A DNA stretch of 64,000 bases. Origin: Eledone cirrhosa. Taxonomy: Eukaryota. The notes under the pieces were generated by a model. That model did not search any database. It was not told the origin of the DNA and saw only the letters and a program-made list of their open reading frames with translations. The position numbers and the translations under genes are program-made. Numbering within the stretch: position 1 is the first letter of the stretch; every line of letters starts with the position of its first letter. Of the stretch, positions 15,406-29,441 are shown one piece after another. Location of the stretch: NCBI GenBank assembly GCA_964016885.1, contig OZ024744.1, positions 31,000,001-31,064,000 on the forward strand. Reading direction: 5' to 3'.

Positions 15406-15574
15406 ATGTTTGTAGACAGACAAACACACACATACACACTCACAGGTACACAAATATGTTTTGGATGTTTCTAGCTTTGACCATTCTTCAGTTAAAAAAA
15501 AGTACAGTGCAAGCATTATAATAATTGTCTGGCCTACTGTAAAGCTCAACGGTAGAGCAGAAATCATTATTGCT

Positions 15575-15752
15575 TATCGGTAGAGAGTCGGACGCCATGC
15601 GTTCCAGCATAGTTACGTCCCTTTACGATCTGAGTTCAAATCCACGCCGAGGTTGACTTTGCATTTCATCCTTACGGGGGTCGATTAAAATAAAGTACCA
15701 GTAATGCACTGGGTAATTGCTGGCCTTGTGCCAAAAGTAGAAACAATTATTG
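15575..15752 (+). mobile_element. tRNA-derived SINE family 1 (Meta-like core); other copies at 27295-27475(-), 36220-36325(-), 45028-45220(+), 45230-45442(+), 47915-48015(+), 50623-50813(-), 55030-55245(+)
   Basis: B-box GAGTTCAAATCC followed by core TTGCCTTTCATCCTTACGGGGTCGATAAAATAAAGTACCAG, shared among copies. Confidence 0.8.
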
Positions 15753-15857
15753 CTTATAGATATATATAATATATATATATATATGGTTATGTATGTTTCC
15801 TCTCCTCTCTCTCTCTCTTTATATATATATATGTTTACCAATATATATATATATATA

Positions 15858-16000
15858 TGTCCAGAAATAGCCGTCGAAACGGCTTGAGCTCTGCCGTCGG
15901 GGTCATACTTTTTCCTATTTCCCACTCTACTACCCTAAGTATTGAGTACTCTGGTGCGTTATGGTCCATCTGGTTCCTTACCACAATTCCTTTGTTGTTT
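15858..16000 (+). mobile_element. Dispersed short repeat family C (probable PLE terminus); copies at 18652-18730(-), 26465-26612, 27677-27790, 35974-36127, 52437-52525(-)
   Basis: Shared CCTATTACCCACTCTACTACCCTAAGTATTGAGTACTCTGGTGCGTTATGGTCCATCTGGTTCCTTACCAC; copies sit in or beside TA/TG microsatellite tracts; some carry a GCCGTC-GAAA-CGGC half-motif. Confidence 0.6.
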
Positions 16001-16306
16001 ACCAATATATATATGTTTATCAATATATATCCTGGTAAAGATTATATAAGCTCTAAGCTAATCAGTATCCTTGGCCCAGCAGTAACTGAAAAAGGCTTTG
16101 GGAGTTTTTAGCCTCAGTAGATTTTGCTATAGACTGTTATGGCATGGACAGCAGTGTTCAAAATTTAATATATATATATATTAAATATAAAAATAAATTA
16201 TAATATTTTAAAATTATATTAGATTTATAATATATATTTATATTCTTAATTATATTAAAATATAATTAAGAAAAGAATAACCAAGTTAGACTTACAACAT
16301 AATTTC

Positions 16307-16396
16307 AATTCTACATACGTTTCAATGTATAACGGCATGCCATACCACAATATATATTGGGTCCTTGTCCGCCTGTCTACATATCCTCAGGGATTT
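16307..16396 (-). ncRNA. Hammerhead-like motif with long stem II insertion
   Basis: Minus strand AAATCC-CTGAGGA-TATGTA-(~48 nt)-TACATT-GAAA-CGTATG-TA-GAATT. Confidence 0.5.
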
Positions 16397-16469
16397 ATAT
16401 ATGGCTATAAATATTAACATTAATACATGCTAAAGGTAATTTCATGCCACAAATTAGACTCATGCCATA

Positions 16470-17360
16470 TCAAATTTTTCTTCTTATCATGTCCACAAGA
16501 GTGTCGGCTACAAAGCTTGGCTAGATGTGGTACCACCACAGCTGAAAACATTGCTGTGCTTTCTCATTAAACTCTGCCAAGTTCAAAGCTGTGCAGGAGT
16601 GTTCTATCAAGGGGTATATCATGAGGTGTTGCGTAGTCTGTGGGTTGATGCCGCAGTCACACACAACCTATCCTTTAGATATCCCCATTTTGCCAGATTG
16701 GCTTTTGCACGACCAGCACCAGATCTTACTCTGTTTAGGCATTTCCACACTGCATAGTTTGTATCTGTTCCGGCAAGCCTTTAGCTCGACTGCCTTTAGC
16801 TCCATTGCTGTTACAGTTGTTAAGTTTTTCTTTCCAGCGGGTGACTCTTTCACTACTTTTGTTTGATGTTTCAAGGGTCGTAACGCTCTTTAGGAAACTT
16901 TTCCTAGATTTAAGGCAGCTTTTGGCTGGCATATGGCTGAAGAGAGATTGTTTTTGATCTGTAGTATGTTGTTGGCGCTCTTTCTTGCTTGTTGCACTTC
17001 ATCGTATCTCTATTGGGGCTATGCCTGCCAGGATAAATAGACGGTCCGGGGTGTAGATTTCCGGCAGCCTGTGATGAGGCGGCAGCTAGCATTGAGGCGG
17101 GATCTAGCTTCTGGACATGGACAGCTCGCTCCCATAGTGGGCATACATACTCGGCAGCTGAGTAGCAGAGAGCTAGTGTAGTTGGCTTCACAGTCTGTAG
17201 GTCTGCACCCCAGGTTGTGCCAGTGAGCTTGCGGATGATGTTGTACCTCACATTCACTTTGCACTTGGTCTTCTCAATGTGGATCTTAAAAGAGAGACAC
17301 CTGTCCAGGGTTACACCTAGATAGTCTGGGTGGTCACAGTATTCAAAGGGTTCCTGACCA
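16470..17360 (-). mobile_element. 5'-truncated Vingi/Ingi-like LINE
   Basis: YLGVTLDR, VRYNIIRKLTGTTWGA...LALCYSAAEYVCPLWERAVH, CRLITGC, LKSRKSF; homologous to the element at 59676-62770. Confidence 0.8.
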
Positions 17361-17454
17361 GTTAACCTTCAGTTGGCACTTGGCTATCTGCCAATATGCA
17401 AATCAGGCTGATCAGTCACTGCATATTTCAGAAAATATCTGGCAGGTGAACAGT

Positions 17455-17505
17455 GAACTAAACCGATGAAGGGTAATCACCCAGAAACATTAGTGTCTGC
17501 AATTC
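17455..17505 (+). ncRNA. Hammerhead-like motif (U4C core; stem I decayed)
   Basis: CCGATGA-A-GGGT-AATC-ACCC-A-GAAA-CATTAGTG-TC. Confidence 0.45.
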
Positions 17506-18019
17506 TGTTTGCATGCCAACACAAGAGCGAGAATGAGGGGCTCGTTCTACTGATATGGCTTATAAAAAAGGCTGTTTGCAGAATTGCAAACGAATCGAAT
17601 ATTATTAGTAATATTCGAAAAGCTCAGGTTACACATACACACACACACACATACACACACACTCACACACATATAATATACCTAATACTAATGTGTGTGT
17701 ATCTCATTACTATTTTGTCCCAAACTCTCTTATCGTAGAGTTAACCAGGCGTGTGCTCACTGCTTTTTCTTGTAAAAGGGTACTCGCTAAACGTCCAGCC
17801 TTCACCTCCATTCCGAGACTGCTGTACCACGTAATAATTCCTCCCTCCCAAGAACTATTCACTTGAAACGGTCGGGTCAAGAAACAGTCCACTTAATTTA
17901 GGGGTCTCTTGATAAGCCTTCACAGCAATGTTGCACTTTTCTAGCAAGGCAATAGGCGAAACTGCAGTCGGGGAAAAATAGACATATTTTTGTCTATTAT
18001 TTCCGGGCATTTATAATTT

Positions 18020-18149
<130 letters not shown>

Positions 18150-18450
18150 TAAACGGAATAGAAAATGCTGACAAATTGTTCACAGTGAAAAATAGTTTAA
18201 TTAGGAATAAATGAGAATTAGTAATTGTATTGGTTAGTAATCAGTTTTGGTTTTAAGTTTTACCGGTTGCGCATTTCTAAATGCTTTTCAAAAATAATTT
18301 TGAGATAGAGTGTCCGTGATGTTTGCTCTGATCTGATTAGTTTTGGGAACTCTACCTGTTTTTATGTTAAAAAAAAGTGGCTCTAGCGCTATTGAAATTG
18401 TTTTTTTGCGCCAATTCGTGTTGCAAAAATTCTTGTGGTCAAAACAATTA

Positions 18451-18492
18451 TGATTGGTCGGTAGAGGTCACATGACCTCTGCCGACCAATCA
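18451..18492. repeat. 20-bp-arm hairpin
   Basis: TGATTGGTCGGTAGAGGTCA-CA-TGACCTCTGCCGACCAATCA (one T/G pair). Confidence 0.9.
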
Positions 18493-18611
18493 AAATTATA
18501 TATATATATACATATATACACACACACACACACGCACACATATATATATATATATAATTATATGTTATGGAATACTGTTAGCTTCACGCTACAACAATTT
18601 CTATACTTTTC

Positions 18612-18653
<42 letters not shown>

Positions 18654-19979
18654 CGAAGGAAATGTGGTAAGGAACCAGGTGGACCATTACGCACCAAAGT
18701 ACTCAATACTTAGGGTAGTAGAATGGGTAATATATATATATATATTTGTTTTGCAAGATTTTTGTTATGAAATCGTGTGTTGAAACAAATATTGTTATAT
18801 TCGGAGAGGGTGATATTGTTAAAATATTGCCAGAAATAATATATATATATCCATATATGTTCATTCTATTAATCAAAAAGAAGGAATGTTGAAAAGAAAA
18901 CGTTGTATTAGATGAAGAAAAACAAATGTTCCGTTAGTCTTTCCATCGTTCTCACTGACTGTCTGTCACAACTTCTAACAGAGTTAACAATGTGAAATAA
19001 AGTATTTTGATCAACAACAAAACGCGGTGCACGTTCTGGGAATAGAAATCATCACCATATTTATGATGTGTTCAAATCCCACATCGGCTGGGTCACGAAC
19101 CTTCACCCGATAAACTAAGTATCAAACTAAAATAATTAATATAGTCGATATGTTTAACTAAACCAGTAGTTCCCAAACATTTCTCTTCCAAGGACACCAT
19201 TTATTTAAATTAATTTCCCACGCTGTACCCAGGTTTTCGAAAGGTGTCTTTATAAAGAATCTCGTGAAGTTTCAATACTAGGCTAACTCTACAATGTGTG
19301 CCCAATCTCCCAGTATGCACCTCATTCTCAGAAATAAAATGTTAACTTGCAGATGGATATGCTGTCAATCTTAAGTTTTGACACTTCATCTGATCGCACT
19401 AACAATATTACTAACCCTACATTTTCTTCTACACAGTCACCACTCATCCATGTTGAATCATGAGACAGGTCATAACACCTTACGACCCGCTTGGATATTT
19501 CCACAATACTCTGCTTGACAAAGAGGGTTAGTAATATATTTACTAAACTCATTTAACGTAATTATACAAATCTTAATGTATTTATACACCACCAGGCCCA
19601 TATAAAACTGTGATAATTTAATGTGTCTCTCTGAGGTCTGCGCCCTTTGTAGCTGCCCAGTTGACCTTAATGGTAGCAACAGACCCCAACTGACCGAAAC
19701 CATTGAAAAATGATGCTGGGGACACTGCTATTAGGGTGCCGAAGTCTAAGTGACAGTAGTAAAAGTATGAAAGAGTTTATGAAGTCACACACATAGATAT
19801 ATTCATAAATGCAGGCACGTACGTTGCCACACGCATATAAATGTCAGTATATATACATAACTGTACACACACGTATACACGCGCGGGCACAAACGCGCGC
19901 ACGCACACATATATAAATATACACATTTACCCATATATATATATATTTGTATAAGATACTTATTTCTCTCGGTCTATTT

Positions 19980-20049
<70 letters not shown>

Positions 20050-20106
20050 CACACACACACGAGCATGCGCAGGCACAGAGACACATATGCAAACAACACA
20101 CACAAT

Positions 20107-20191
<85 letters not shown>

Positions 20192-20243
20192 GCATGTATA
20201 TATACATATATATCTATATATATATATATATACATACACACAA

Positions 20244-20297
<54 letters not shown>

Positions 20298-20560
20298 GTA
20301 TGTATGTACGTGTGGGAATAGTCGTGGTTGTTGTTGTTGTTCTCTCCCTTAAGCGTGGGAACGAAGTTTCGCTGCCAAAAAATAAGACTTAAAGAAGGTC
20401 TGGCAGGGGTGGCGGCTGGGATATTATTGGATTAAAGGGGTACGAGGAGGCAACATTCCGTGTGTATGTGTGCGCCGTGTATGTGTGAGTGTGTGGCTGC
20501 TTACACGAATCTATGTATGCGTACATGAATGTAATCAGCAGTATGGGAGAACATACACAC

Positions 20561-20597
<37 letters not shown>

Positions 20598-20602
20598 CAT
20601 GC

Positions 20603-20637
<35 letters not shown>

Positions 20638-20716
20638 CATACATGCATGTATATATATATATATATATATAAACACACAAACACACACACACACATATAC
20701 ATATATACATACATAC

Positions 20717-20760
<44 letters not shown>

Positions 20761-21090
20761 ATACATGCATGTATGTATATATATATATACATACACACAA
20801 ACACACACACACACATATTCATATATACATATATACATACATACATACAGACATATATATATATATATACACATACATACATGCATGTATATATATATAT
20901 ATATATATATAGGAACCAGTAAGACCCCAATATATATATATATACATACACACAAACACACACACACACACACATATACATATATACATACATACATACT
21001 TACATATATATATACATATACACATACATACATGCATGTATATCTATATATATCTATATATATACATACACACAAACACACAGACAGACA

Positions 21091-21133
<43 letters not shown>

Positions 21134-21573
21134 GCATGTATATGTACATATACATACATATACATACATATACATACATACACATAGATATACGCATATA
21201 TTTATATATATTAATTAATAAATAATGCACTACAGAGCACAAATTCGGATAATTTCAAGTGTAATAAGTAAGACATACTTTTTTGATAAACGTACAATTT
21301 TAGCCTCGATGCGAAAAGTAACAAAAAAAAAAAGAAAAGAAAAAAAAAGGAAAAAAGTGGTTACGACGCATATTTTTTATTTTTCCGTGGGTAGAAAAAG
21401 TGTGATGGGGGTGGCTGTGGGCAATTTATCGTCCCCTTTAGATTTTATCAGACACGGGATAGCCATTCATCTGTCCACTGTGTCATCCGCGACTTTTGCT
21501 AATTATAGTGTAGTGTATACTTCGTTGGAATGAAACCCCACCGGTTTCGAATATATATATATATATATACACG

Positions 21574-21634
<61 letters not shown>

Positions 21635-21684
21635 GTTTGTGTGTTTATATATATATATGGATGTGTGTGTATATAAGGAGAGGC

Positions 21685-21868
21685 TCAAAATAGAAACCTA
21701 GTCACTGAGGAGGTCACCGAATGTGTGACGGAAGTTCTTTGAGAAGATATAAACAAACTTCCAGTTAACGAACCAACCAATTGACCGGAAATTAATAATA
21801 AATTGAAGTGATAACCATCAGGTGTTTTTATTGGCAGCATGACCCTCCTAAAGTATAACAATATTTTA

Positions 21869-21870
<2 letters not shown>
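21685..21870 (+). mobile_element. PLE terminal repeat (family A), degenerate HHR at 21701-21743
   Basis: GTCA-CTGAGGA-GGTCAC..GTGAC-GGAA-GTTC-TT-TGAG; homologous to 33903-34215. Confidence 0.7.
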
Positions 21871-21918
<48 letters not shown>

Positions 21919-22005
21919 ATAATAATAAATTTGAAGACTCAAATCCAAAGAGGGCTCGATAAGGATAAATATATATCAAATATATAAAAACCGTAGAGCA
22001 AATAT

Positions 22006-22142
22006 TTATTAAAATAACAGATTAAAGTTTAAGCAAAGAATCGCTGCTTTCACCCTTAACAGGATCTTCTGAAACTCAGAAGATCCCTTTAAGGGTGAAA
22101 GCAGCGATTCTTTGCTTAAACTTTAATCTGTTATTTTAATAA
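22006..22142. repeat. Near-perfect 137-bp palindrome (~67-bp arms, loop AAC); single-arm copy at 30380-30446
   Basis: TTATTAAAATAACAG...GGATCTTCTGA-AAC-TCAGAAGATCC...CTGTTATTTTAATAA. Confidence 0.95.
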
Positions 22143-22146
22143 ATAA

Positions 22147-22205
<59 letters not shown>

Positions 22206-22386
22206 GGTAAATATTGATGCAATTCACTCAAGCACTCAACGTACTTTTTCCACATAGGAGTGACGGAGTAAATATCGAATATATATATATGATTATAAAT
22301 ATAAGCTATCGCCGTATTTTGACTAAAGAAATTAAAGAAATTATTTAGCCTGATAGTGGGGTTAGAACCCTCGGAGAAATGGAACT

Positions 22387-22620
<234 letters not shown>

Positions 22621-22915
22621 GCACACACACACACATATATATGTATATGTACACACATGTATATGTATATATGTGTGTGTGTGTGTGTGTATGTATGTGC
22701 ATACATGGGGTGGGTTTAGATTAGGCGTTTATGAGGGAGGTGAGGAGGTCGGCTGGGTAAGCATGTGTGTGGAGGCGGCTGGTCATCGGTGATGAAGATG
22801 GGGTAGATTTGTTTCCAGTGGAGAGGTGTGTGTCAGACTGTGAGAAAGAAGTGAGAAGGTGCATTTGTGTTCATACATATATACATACACACACACACAT
22901 ATATATATATATTCT

Positions 22916-22985
<70 letters not shown>

Positions 22986-23129
22986 TACGTTCATACATAT
23001 ATATATACATATATACATAGAGATTTACATACATACACACATATATATATGTATACATATATTTAACACTATATATATGTAATCGTTTAAATTTATATGT
23101 CTATCTAGAGCGGGTAAAATTCCAGAGAT

Positions 23130-23192
<63 letters not shown>

Positions 23193-23423
23193 ATAAAGAA
23201 ATACACATATACAATCGGACACATACATATACATGAATATCTCCACACATATCCCTGAATTTGTGGTGCCAACCTCAACCGATGTTGCTCTATGAATAAC
23301 TGGGACAAAATAATCCGAATGGATTAGATTGATTAAGTTTCAGAGCTATATAATACATTATAAAGAGAGAAGAAACATTAGATATAATTAATAAGATATA
23401 CCATACCCAAATTCCTTCACTAC

Positions 23424-23516
23424 TCCTCGACTACGTAGTTTCGTGGCATATTATGCAAAAACACTACATCACAGAGATACAGTATTTTTGTGAGGTTTGC
23501 CGACTTATCAAGAGGA
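23424..23516 (-). ncRNA. Hammerhead ribozyme motif, U3-A8 core variant
   Basis: TCCTC-TTGATAA-GTCGGCA-(extended hairpin)-TGCCAC-GAAA-CTACGTAG-TC-GAGGA. Confidence 0.7.
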
Positions 23517-24010
23517 TACCTCATTTAGAGTTTCAAAACACATCCGTAGGACGCGAGATAGAATCCCGAAAGGCGGAGGGGGAGTCAATCACTTGATACA
23601 ACGGTCAAGAAACAGAGCTAATCCTCTTACACCAAGAAAAAAATACCACAAAAGCGGGGGGAGTACTTATATCAAAGCCGTAGAAGAGATGAGTAGGATG
23701 GCGAGAAGTATGAGTAATGATAGCTTTCCAGCAGTCACTACACTTCAATGGTTACTCTACCATAGGGAGTTATAAACAATATAAAGAAATACACAGATAC
23801 ATGCGGACACATACATATACATGAATATATCCACATATATCCCTGAATTTGTGGTGCCAACCTCAACCGTTGTTGCTCTATGAATAATTGGGACAAAATA
23901 ATCCGAATGGATTAGATTGATTCAGTTTCAGAGCTATATAATACATTATAAAGAGAGAAGAAACATTAGATATAATTAATAAGATATACCATACCTAAAT
24001 ACCTTCATTA

Positions 24011-24099
24011 CTCTTGATAAGTCGGCAAACCTCACAAAAATACTGTATCTCTGTGATGTAGTGTTTTTGCATAATATGCCACGAAACTACGTAGTCGAG
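24011..24099 (+). ncRNA. Hammerhead ribozyme motif, U3-A8 core variant (inverted copy)
   Basis: CTC-TTGATAA-GTCGGCA...TGCCAC-GAAA-CTACGTAG-TC-GAG. Confidence 0.65.
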
Positions 24100-24219
24100 G
24101 AGTAGTGAGGAATTTGAGTATGGTATATCTTATTAATTATATCTAATGTTTCTTCTCTCTTTATAATGTATTATATATATATATACATATACATACATAT
24201 GTACATGTATATATACATA

Positions 24220-24643
<424 letters not shown>

Positions 24644-24804
24644 GCAAATTTATATATATACATACATTAGAGTAACACACTTATGAAAGTATGAATTCAT
24701 TATGAGTGTCACACTTCTCTCGATGAGTCTAACGACACCGTGACACCCGGCCAGGATGTATAACACGTCCTACCGATACATACACCCCGTAAATAACTCT
24801 ACAA

Positions 24805-26150
24805 CACTATAACAACAACACTACAATAACAACAACTACAACAACAACAACAACACTACAATAACAACACAACAACAACAACAACACTACAACAACAACA
24901 ACAACTACTACTACAACAATTACAGCAACAACAACAACCAAAATAAACTTAGTAACTACAACCACCACCAAATCACCACCACCACAACCACCACCACCAC
25001 CACCAACACCACCACTACCACCACCATCACCACTAACACCATCACCTTCACCACCACCACCACATCCACCACCAAGACCACCACAACCACCACCACCACC
25101 AACACCACCACCACCAACAGCACCACTACCACCACCATCACCACTAACACCACTACCACCACCATCACCACTAACACCATCACCTTCACCACCACCACCA
25201 CATCCACCACCAAGACCACCACAACCACCACCACCACCACCACCAACACCACCACTACCACCACCATCACCACTAACACCATCACCTTCACCACCACCAG
25301 CACATCCACCACCAACACCACCAACACCACCACCAACACCACCACCAACACCACCACCACCATCACCACAACCACCACCAACACCACTAACACCACCACC
25401 AACACCACCAACACCACGACCAACATCACCAAAACCACCACCAACACCACCAACACCACCACCACCACCAACACCACCACCACAACCACCACCACAATCA
25501 CCACCACCACCACCACAACCACCACCACAATCACCACCACCACCACTAACACCACCACCACCACCACCACCACCACCACCAACACCACCACCACCACAAC
25601 CATCACCACCAACACCACCACAAACTTCACCACCAACACCAACACCAACATCACCACCACCACCACCACCACCAACACCACCACCACAACCATCACCAAC
25701 ACCACCTCCACCACAATCACCACCACCACCAACACCACAACCACCACCACCATCACCACCACCACCATCACCACCACCACCACCACCAGCACCACCAGCA
25801 CCACCACCACCACCACCACTACCACCACCACCACAACCACCCAAACACCACCCCCAGGACCACCCCCACTCCCACCACCACCACCACAACAACCACCACC
25901 ATAACCACCACCACCACCACAACGACAACAACCACCACCACAACCACCCAAACACCACCCCAGGACCACCCCCGCCACCACCACCACCACCACAACAACC
26001 ACCACCATAACCACCACCACCACCACCACAACGACAACAACCACCATCAACAACAACAAGACCTCCACCCACCCCCCACCATCACCATATCCCCCACCAA
26101 CACCAACACCACCAGCACATCATCACCATACCCCCACACCACAACAACCA
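24805..26150. repeat. Degenerate (AAC)n/(ACC)n trinucleotide tract
   Basis: Continuous CAC/CAA triplets; source of the Gly-rich and Val-rich pseudo-ORFs. Confidence 0.9.
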
Positions 26151-26335
26151 GCGATATGTTACCGTTAGTGTTACAGTTGATGTGTGCATTTCAGCAGCAC
26201 ACACACGTCCCCGCCCAACACACTACAATTATTTCAAACACGACATCTTTCCTGATGGAATCAACATCTACCAACATTTACCACACTAACAGATCCATGC
26301 ATATGCACACATACAAATAATTAAGGGAATATATC

Positions 26336-26455
<120 letters not shown>

Positions 26456-26644
26456 CTATAATATGGGAAAAAGTATGAAAAGCCGTCGAAACGGCTTGAG
26501 CTCTGCCGTCGGGGTCATGCTTTTTCCTATTACCCACTCTACTATCTTAAGTATTGAGTACTTTTGTGCGTTATGGTCCATCTGGTTCCTTACCACATTT
26601 CCTTCGTTATTTCATTGTTTTAATATATATATATATATATTATA

Positions 26645-26900
26645 TATATTTCGTTTCTGAATTTTTTTAGCAAGGTTCTTTATCTGAAAACGTGTGTTGA
26701 AACCGATATTGTTATGCTTTGGGAGGGTCATGTTGCCAATAAGAAACACACGCACCAGTTGCTTTCACTCCAATTTATTATAAATTTAGGAATTTATAAA
26801 TTTCCAGTTGGTTGGTTGGTTCCACAACCAGACGATTGTTCATATATTGTCAAAGTTCTTTCGTCACACATTCTGTGACCTCTTCGGTGACTGGGGATTC
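26645..26900 (-). mobile_element. PLE terminal repeat (family A) with HHR at 26849-26891
   Basis: GTCA-CCGAAGA-G-GTCACA-GAATG-TGTGAC-GAAA-GAAC-TT-TGAC; reverse complement of 33950-34215. Confidence 0.8.
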
Positions 26901-26948
26901 GATGATGTGGACAAATATAATGCAGCCCAACAAAAGGACCGCCAATAA

Positions 26949-27008
<60 letters not shown>

Positions 27009-27184
27009 AATGAAGTGATTCCGTCGGAAAGGTCCCTCACTTTCATATCTGTTATATTTTTGTTTTTCAAATCCACTGTCAATAAAGACACCAGCATTTT
27101 TTCATTCTGATGAATGAAAGTAATTTTGGTTGCTTTCAAGAAACCACTGGTAAATGAAATAATTATCTTATGTTGTTTATTACA

Positions 27185-27242
<58 letters not shown>

Positions 27243-28252
27243 GCCAGAGTATCGCTATTAGCTTTCTTCGTTTATGTATATATATATATATTGATTGTTT
27301 CTACGTTTGGCACAAACCAGCAATTACCCAGATCATTGTTGGTACTTTATTTTATCGATCCCATAAGGATGAAAGGCAAAGTTAACCTCGGCGGGATTTG
27401 AACTCAGAATGGCAAGGGCCGTAACTCTATACGTCAAAGCATAGCGTCCGACCCTCTACCGATATTGCCAATCCAGAAATTAATGTGAGCAAGAAGCCAA
27501 CAGTAATTTATACATATAAGTGACTATTACGTCAAGATGGAAAATATTTAACGTATAAAATATTTAATGTATATACATACATACATATATATATACTTTT
27601 CAAAATAGGAGGCGTACAAATATATGTATATAGAGGAAGCACAATATATATATATATTTGTGTGTGTGTGTGTGTGTAGGAAAAGAGTGAGGACCCAGAC
27701 GTCTGAGCTCCGGTCGTTTCGACAGCTAGCTGTCTACTACACTGAGTATTGAGTGCTCTGGTGCGTTATGGTCTCTTACCACATTTTCCTGACAGATAAA
27801 TTTATATAAATATATATATTATAATAGAATATAAAAGATAAACGAACACAGATATATACATATATGTGTTCAAATCGCAAGGGACCAGATTCGCTAAGGT
27901 GAAAAGAATACTAACTATAGACAATAGGGTTTGCTTGTCTCAATTTCAGTTCCTAACTCAATATATACCTTTGATATAAATATATATCCAGTGAATTTCC
28001 AACCGATAAGGTATGATTTTCATGGGTATGTCTCTATTTATAAAACAAACTTTGTATTTTTTGTGATTAAATCGTACCAATGTTCTCTTGGTACCCTTGA
28101 AATATATATAATAAAATAAATATGGTTTTATAAATATAGTTTCCATTTATTTAATATCATTGAATATTTAGTCCAGTAAACTGTTGAGTGCTCTATATCA
28201 GTTATAAACATTTATATTAGTCGGACTTCCAACAAATTAAATACCCCTTCTA

Positions 28253-28291
<39 letters not shown>

Positions 28292-28703
28292 TATTCAAAA
28301 TGTTAACAAATGAAAAATATTCACATAATCAAAATATATACTTTATTATATATATATCAAAGGTACTGTGTTGTTTCAGTACGTTTTCATCAGACTAATT
28401 ATATGATTTGATATATGACATACCGCTACGGTCTTGATTATTAAATTCCAGTATTGGCAGTGCTTCTAATCTATTGTAAAATTGATTTCGTTGAGTAATC
28501 AACGAACCATACTAATCTTTACATTAAAGAAACGATCGACTTTCGTCAAATCGGACCGAGGAAATGTTTCCATTGGTCTTTCCAATTGCTAATACTATCT
28601 ATCGGTCGCAACTCCAGGTAGGAGCAATGTGAAATAAAGTGTCTTGCTCAAGGACATAACGCATCACACACACATATATATATAATCAATGAGTTATTAT
28701 TAT

Positions 28704-28779
<76 letters not shown>

Positions 28780-28781
<2 letters not shown>

Positions 28782-29068
28782 AGGCACGTGGCCTAGCGGT
28801 AAGGGTGTTGGACCTACAATCATAATGTCGTGGGCTCGATTCCTGGGTTGCGCGTTGTGTTCTTGAGCAAAACACTTCATTTCACGTTGCTCCAGTATAC
28901 TCACCTGGAAATGAGTACCAGCAATAGCTGGAGATTTACCCTGCGATGGACTGGCGTCCTGTCCAGGGGGGTGTCTTGTACTCTCAGTCGCTTCACGCAA
29001 TGAAACCGGGATAAGGATAAGCATCGGCCAAATTACCCTTCTGGCTCAAGACAGACTTTAGACTTTAG
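28780..29068 (+). mobile_element. tRNA-derived SINE family 2 (CORE-like); relatives at 46205-46500(+), 46820-46960(-), 49160-49290(-), 28612-28665(-)
   Basis: A-box TGGCCTAGCGG, B-box GGCTCGATTCC, core GTGTTCTTGAGCAAAACACTT, tail (AGACTTT)n. Confidence 0.8.
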
Positions 29069-29441
29069 ATATATATATATCAACTAGATATTGATTGACA
29101 TGTATATATATATAAAATAAACATATGAAACAATCACAGGGTATAATTTGTAAAAGTGTGTAAGCACACATAACTAGGTAGGTAACTAATTAAAGTTTAA
29201 CTAGAACTTTAAATATAGATACCTTTTAAAATGATTAATCTTCCTAGTATATATTTCATTAAATAAATATATTTCACCATCAATCGATCGGTGCACCACA
29301 GTAGCCAAACGGATTTTCAACAAGGTAGAAGATTTAACTATCTGTGTTTACACAGCAACATTCTACAGTGGATATGGCGCATGTCACTCGGACATGACAC
29401 CCTTAATTTAATTTTGTATATATATATATATATATTTTGAA

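Larger units (their letters stand above)
23189..24172. mobile_element. Composite PLE-like insertion: direct repeat (23189-23424 / 23777-24013) plus inverted copy (23350-23514 / 24011-24172), two HHR motifs
   Basis: Repeats are directly visible; bounded by TA tracts; tandem plus inverted terminal repeats are typical of PLEs. Confidence 0.75.

Noticed and set aside
24807-26072. 421-aa Gly-rich and 370-aa Val-rich ORFs
   Set aside because: Stop-free only because of ACC/AAC triplet composition; no complexity or splice evidence. A Gly- or Pro-rich exon cannot be fully excluded.
28370-28410. CTGATGA...GAAA on the minus strand
   Set aside because: No stem II, stem I or UH triplet; likely chance.
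28780-28850. tRNA gene
   Set aside because: A/B boxes are present but there is no acceptor stem or cloverleaf; the sequence continues into a SINE core and tail.
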